Positions 61,147 through 64,000 of a stretch of DNA of 64,000 nucleotides are shown one piece after another. This stretch comes from Planctomycetaceae bacterium (GTDB taxonomy: Bacteria > Planctomycetota > Planctomycetia > Planctomycetales > Planctomycetaceae). The number at the start of each line of letters is the position of its first letter. Within the stretch, counting starts at the first letter, position 1. The stretch covers positions 11,840-75,839 of the forward strand of contig JBGSVD010000003.1 in the NCBI GenBank assembly GCA_041753135.1. The letters are read 5' to 3'. A model generated the notes under the pieces. The model saw only the letters and a list, made by a program, of their open reading frames with translations, was not told the DNA's origin and searched no databases. Both the position numbers and the translations under genes were made by a program.

Positions 61147-61403
61147 TTCGAAAATCCGCAGAGGACGAAGAGCTTTGAATTACAGACAAAGCGTATTCGG
61201 AGTTCTGTCCGCATTCAACCGGCGGCAGGAGATCAAGGCCCTGAGTTGCGAAGCGTCAACCTCCAAACTTGCAAGGAATCGACGACCAGAAAACTGCAGT
61301 GTGAGCGTCCGAAAACAAAGAAAGGCTTGCTGGTTCCAATTGACCAGCAAGCCTCAGTTTTTTTAACAAATCCGGATCAGCAGATTTCCTGAATCAGATG
61401 GAC

Positions 61404-62411
61404 TCAGAACTCGCTGATGACCTCACCACCCTGAAGACTGATAAGTCCCACAAGCGTAGCACCCGCAATGTTTTCACTCAGGAAACGGACAGATCCGTCC
61501 GCCAGCAACGTTTGAACGCCACCGATATGGAATGAATACAGCTCACTGTCGTTTGTGCAGTTCATTGTGCAGTTTCCGACGATGGTAGGCGTCCCGCTGC
61601 CACTGGTGTTATTCTGAACACCTGCTGAATTACCGCCGTCGACGCTGAAACCGCCGTTGATGTCAGCCCAGCCCCAGCCGTCCGCAGTAAAGTTCGTGCC
61701 GAATGCAATATTGCCAACTCGTGGATTGAGACCCTTCTGTCGACCAATGTACTGAGCTGGTCGACCCGCGTCTTCTGCAATCAACATCGTGTTCGATGTT
61801 CCGTCCGTGATGTCACGGATCTTTGTTCCACCTGGACCTCGTCCCAGTCCGCCCATCAAGTCCTTGGTTCCGATTGAAGGCAGCCCGCTGGCCACGATCA
61901 GAGCATTACGCACAGCGTTGATGGAACCGTAGTCCGAGTATCCGAAAATTGGTTGGCCTGTTCGCAATGAACCGGTCAGCCCATCATACAGGGCTTGCGA
62001 TGGCAACGGCCGAGATCCCGGAGTCGATGGACAAACAAACGCTTCCAACTGTGTCGTTGTCATTGCGTCGTTTAACGGATCGAACCAGTTAACATTAAAA
62101 TTGTAGCGTGAATAGATGTTTGCCTGCTCAATGAATGGCAGAATCATCACAGTCCAGGTCTGCTGAAAAACCGCCGGAGATGAGATATTGATACGACTTG
62201 GAGGAAACATGCCGTATGTTCCTTCATAGTTATGCAATGCAAGTCCAAGCTGCTTCAGGTTGTTCTTACACTGAGTTCGGCGAGCAGCCTCACGAGCCTG
62301 CTGGACCGCTGGAAGCAGTAGAGCAATCAGGATTGCGATGATGGCAATCACAACAAGCAGCTCGATCAGGGTAAATCCCCGTGCCGTTCGCTTTCGACCT
62401 TGGTTCACCAT
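61404..62411 (-). CDS. DUF1559 / H-X9-DG protein with prepilin-type N-terminal methylation signal
   Basis: [34 protein letters not shown], and [12 protein letters not shown] near the C-terminus. Confidence 0.9.
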   Translation of the reverse strand: MVNQGRKRTARGFTLIELLVVIAIIAILIALLLPAVQQAREAARRTQCKNNLKQLGLALHNYEGTYGMFPPSRINISSPAVFQQTWTVMILPFIEQANIYSRYNFNVNWFDPLNDAMTTTQLEAFVCPSTPGSRPLPSQALYDGLTGSLRTGQPIFGYSDYGSINAVRNALIVASGLPSIGTKDLMGGLGRGPGGTKIRDITDGTSNTMLIAEDAGRPAQYIGRQKGLNPRVGNIAFGTNFTADGWGWADINGGFSVDGGNSAGVQNNTSGSGTPTIVGNCTMNCTNDSELYSFHIGGVQTLLADGSVRFLSENIAGATLVGLISLQGGEVISEF

Positions 62412-62523
62412 TAGTAATTCCCTTTTCAGTTACCGAGTATAATCACAGCCCAAACTTCATGAGCTGTTCCATGGGTCTGCAGAATGCAACTATTCCTGCA
62501 CGTCGTGCACGAAGACGTTTCAG

Positions 62524-62973
62524 TTAACGAGACTTCAAATCCAGCACTGTAGTTTCTGTCGAAGATGCTATGACCTCGACCTCAAGACCTGAAGCATCTT
62601 TGTCCTGATATCGCCGTGGCAATTTTTCCGGGCCGTAATCGGGATCGCTGGAACTGCCTCCTACAACATCACACCAGGAAACGGTCACCTTGTACTTCCC
62701 TTCCGGTGCGCCATCTGCGTTTGTGTAGGTCGTCAGAAAGAACAGTCCGCTTTCGTCGGTGATGCCGTTTGGTGTCACAACCCCAAGTGCAGAATTATCA
62801 AGCGGGTGAAGCGAAACCATTGCACCATCGGCAGGTTTTCCGTTCACATTGATGATGCCGCTGAATGGATGAAGATCAACTGTTGGAACATCTTGAGGCG
62901 GCTGACCACATCCCGAAACTGCTGTCAAAGCCAACAGCAAGAGATGAATTCGAGTGAGTTTCACGAATCCCAT
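62524..62973 (-). CDS. small lipoprotein, beta-sandwich (carboxypeptidase-regulatory-like) candidate
   Basis: Lipobox LTAVSGC. GIINVNGKPADGAMVSLHPL...GKYKVTVSW. Confidence 0.55.
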   Translation of the reverse strand: MGFVKLTRIHLLLLALTAVSGCGQPPQDVPTVDLHPFSGIINVNGKPADGAMVSLHPLDNSALGVVTPNGITDESGLFFLTTYTNADGAPEGKYKVTVSWCDVVGGSSSDPDYGPEKLPRRYQDKDASGLEVEVIASSTETTVLDLKSR

Positions 62974-63225
62974 TTTCCTTCACAAAGCGCGGACACAAAT
63001 CAGTCGGCGGCAATGATTATTAAGGCCGCCGAAACATTAATCTTGCACCTGTTTGTTAAGAAAAAATGAAGCCGCTTGATTTTCTTAACAAAAAGGATGA
63101 ACGGGTTTCCAAGTCGTCCGGATCTTCCGAGATCCGTGTCGATGCAGTCTCAGCACTACTCACTCAGAACCGGTGGTTGGACACAATGCTGCGGTTCAGG
63201 CCTGACAGGGCCGATACATCCTTTG

Positions 63226-63403
63226 CCGGGGTCGAAGGCCCCGGATGCTGATCACTGATGAGAAAAGGCCCGACGGGCCGGCACTTTTGAGTCGGCCTGA
63301 AGTCATCAATGTGTCGCCCCTTCGGGGCTTGAAAAACGAATGTTCGCCTTCGTTGTCCGGTCGCTCACGCCGACCGGCATGAGATTTGTCGGCCCGCAGG
63401 GCC
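63226..63403. repeat. Array F2 of short GC-rich hairpins (related to 23662-23944, opposite orientation)
   Basis: CCGGGGtcgaaggCCCCGG, GGCCCgacGGGCC, GCCCCttcGGGGC, AACGAAtgttcgccTTCGTT, CCGGTCGctcacgcCGACCGG, GGCCCgcaGGGCC. The reverse complement CATTCGTTTTTCAAGCCCCGAAGGGGC parallels CATTCGTTTACATAGCCTGGGGCATCGCCCCAGG at 23674-23707. Confidence 0.65.
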
Positions 63404-63443
63404 TGAATCGCAGATAAAATACCCCGGGGAGATCTCGACAAGA

Positions 63444-63590
63444 TCAGAATCCGCCAGCCACCCTTATATTGTTCACGATACTGTTAATTTCGAACTCCGT
63501 CAGTTCCAGCGGACCACGCTTCTCATCCGGTCGCTCCAGACACAACATCAGCCAACGCCGAGCCACATTCGCATCGGCCCATTCCTTCAT
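63444..63590 (-). pseudogene. possible fragment of a transposase-like gene (48 codons)
   Basis: MKEWADANVARRWLMLCLERPDEKRGPLELTEFEINSIVNNIRVAGGF* is protein-like but has no upstream or downstream continuation. From memory, the W..VARRWL...P motif resembles a transposase-like family in Planctomycetota/Verrucomicrobiota. Confidence 0.25.
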
Positions 63591-63837
63591 CACATTCGGC
63601 CGAGTGCAAACGGAGCCAGCAGTGGACTGTTGCGCTTCTCTGAAAACCGAAAACTGAAAACTGAAAACGCGGCGCAGCCGTTAAGCAATCTCATCCGCCG
63701 CAAAGATTTCAACACGATCCCGTCTCGCAATAGATCACCTCGACAATTTGCAAATCCAACACTTTCCAGAATGGAAAAGTACCAGTTAACCGGCAAGTAG
63801 ACTGCAAAGTGATCTGGCCCCGTTGTTGTTCTGCTAA

Positions 63838-63904
63838 GGGCAAAAAAATGGCGGGGCAAGAAGATGAGAGACGAAGATCTTTTTGCCCTGCCATGTTTTT
63901 GCCC
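63838..63904. repeat. Family D GGGCAAAAA palindromic element, copy D2
   Basis: GGGCAAAAAAATGGCGGGGCAAGAAGAT / ATCTTTTTGCCCTGCCATGTTTTTGCCC pairs at about 25 of 28 positions with a 9 nt loop. Confidence 0.7.
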
Positions 63905-64000
63905 AACTTCGAGTGTAGTCCCGTGAATGTCGGAAACTTTCGCTGCGAACAGAGTGACAACAGCAGGGCGACCACTGGGGCCATCCAAACCCAATACGCA

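Noticed and set aside
63196-63441. 81 aa ORF that might continue the transposase-like fragment after a frameshift
   Set aside because: The region is composed of the same GC-rich hairpin modules seen at 23662-23944. The weak resemblance (..FF..R..) is not enough to call it coding.

Overview
This 64 kb window is chromosomal DNA that looks planctomycete. The lineage markers are a DUF1559 / H-X9-DG protein with a prepilin-type N-terminus, a PSCyt1-type CxxCH + WD40 giant protein, a PEP-CTERM protein, and a YTV-like Cys-rich repeat protein. Most of the window is dense housekeeping coding sequence on both strands:
- pdxA (5' partial), pyk, a PduO-type adenosyltransferase, a RecQ-family helicase, feoAB, and tRNA-Met(CAU)
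- tal/rpiB next to an ackA that is interrupted by one in-frame TAG
- tspO and an ArsR-controlled persulfide/sulfite detoxification operon
- metK, lnt, obg, ispH, rluD, ftsH, tdk, csrA, epmA, and several SDRs

I see no CRISPR array, rRNA, intact IS/transposase or prophage.

The most interesting gene-level observations are:
1. An epmA gene translationally coupled to a PLP aminotransferase and preceded by a PhyH dioxygenase, with no epmB/epmC in the window.
2. A non-canonical three-gene module: MotA/ExbB-like, then ExbD-like with a coiled coil, then a second ExbD-like protein.
3. A roughly 450 aa secreted protein with about 65 cysteines in two nested repeat types.
4. A single amber codon splitting an otherwise intact ackA.

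At the DNA level the intergenic space holds at least six families of structured palindromic / MITE-like repeats. One 110 bp family has perfect 11 bp terminal inverted repeats, and two copies bracket a small gene in inverted orientation. There are also two arrays of short GC-rich hairpins, a candidate terminator-bounded sRNA, and a 21 bp x 13 in-frame tandem repeat.

All functional calls come from motif recognition by eye. No database search was run.
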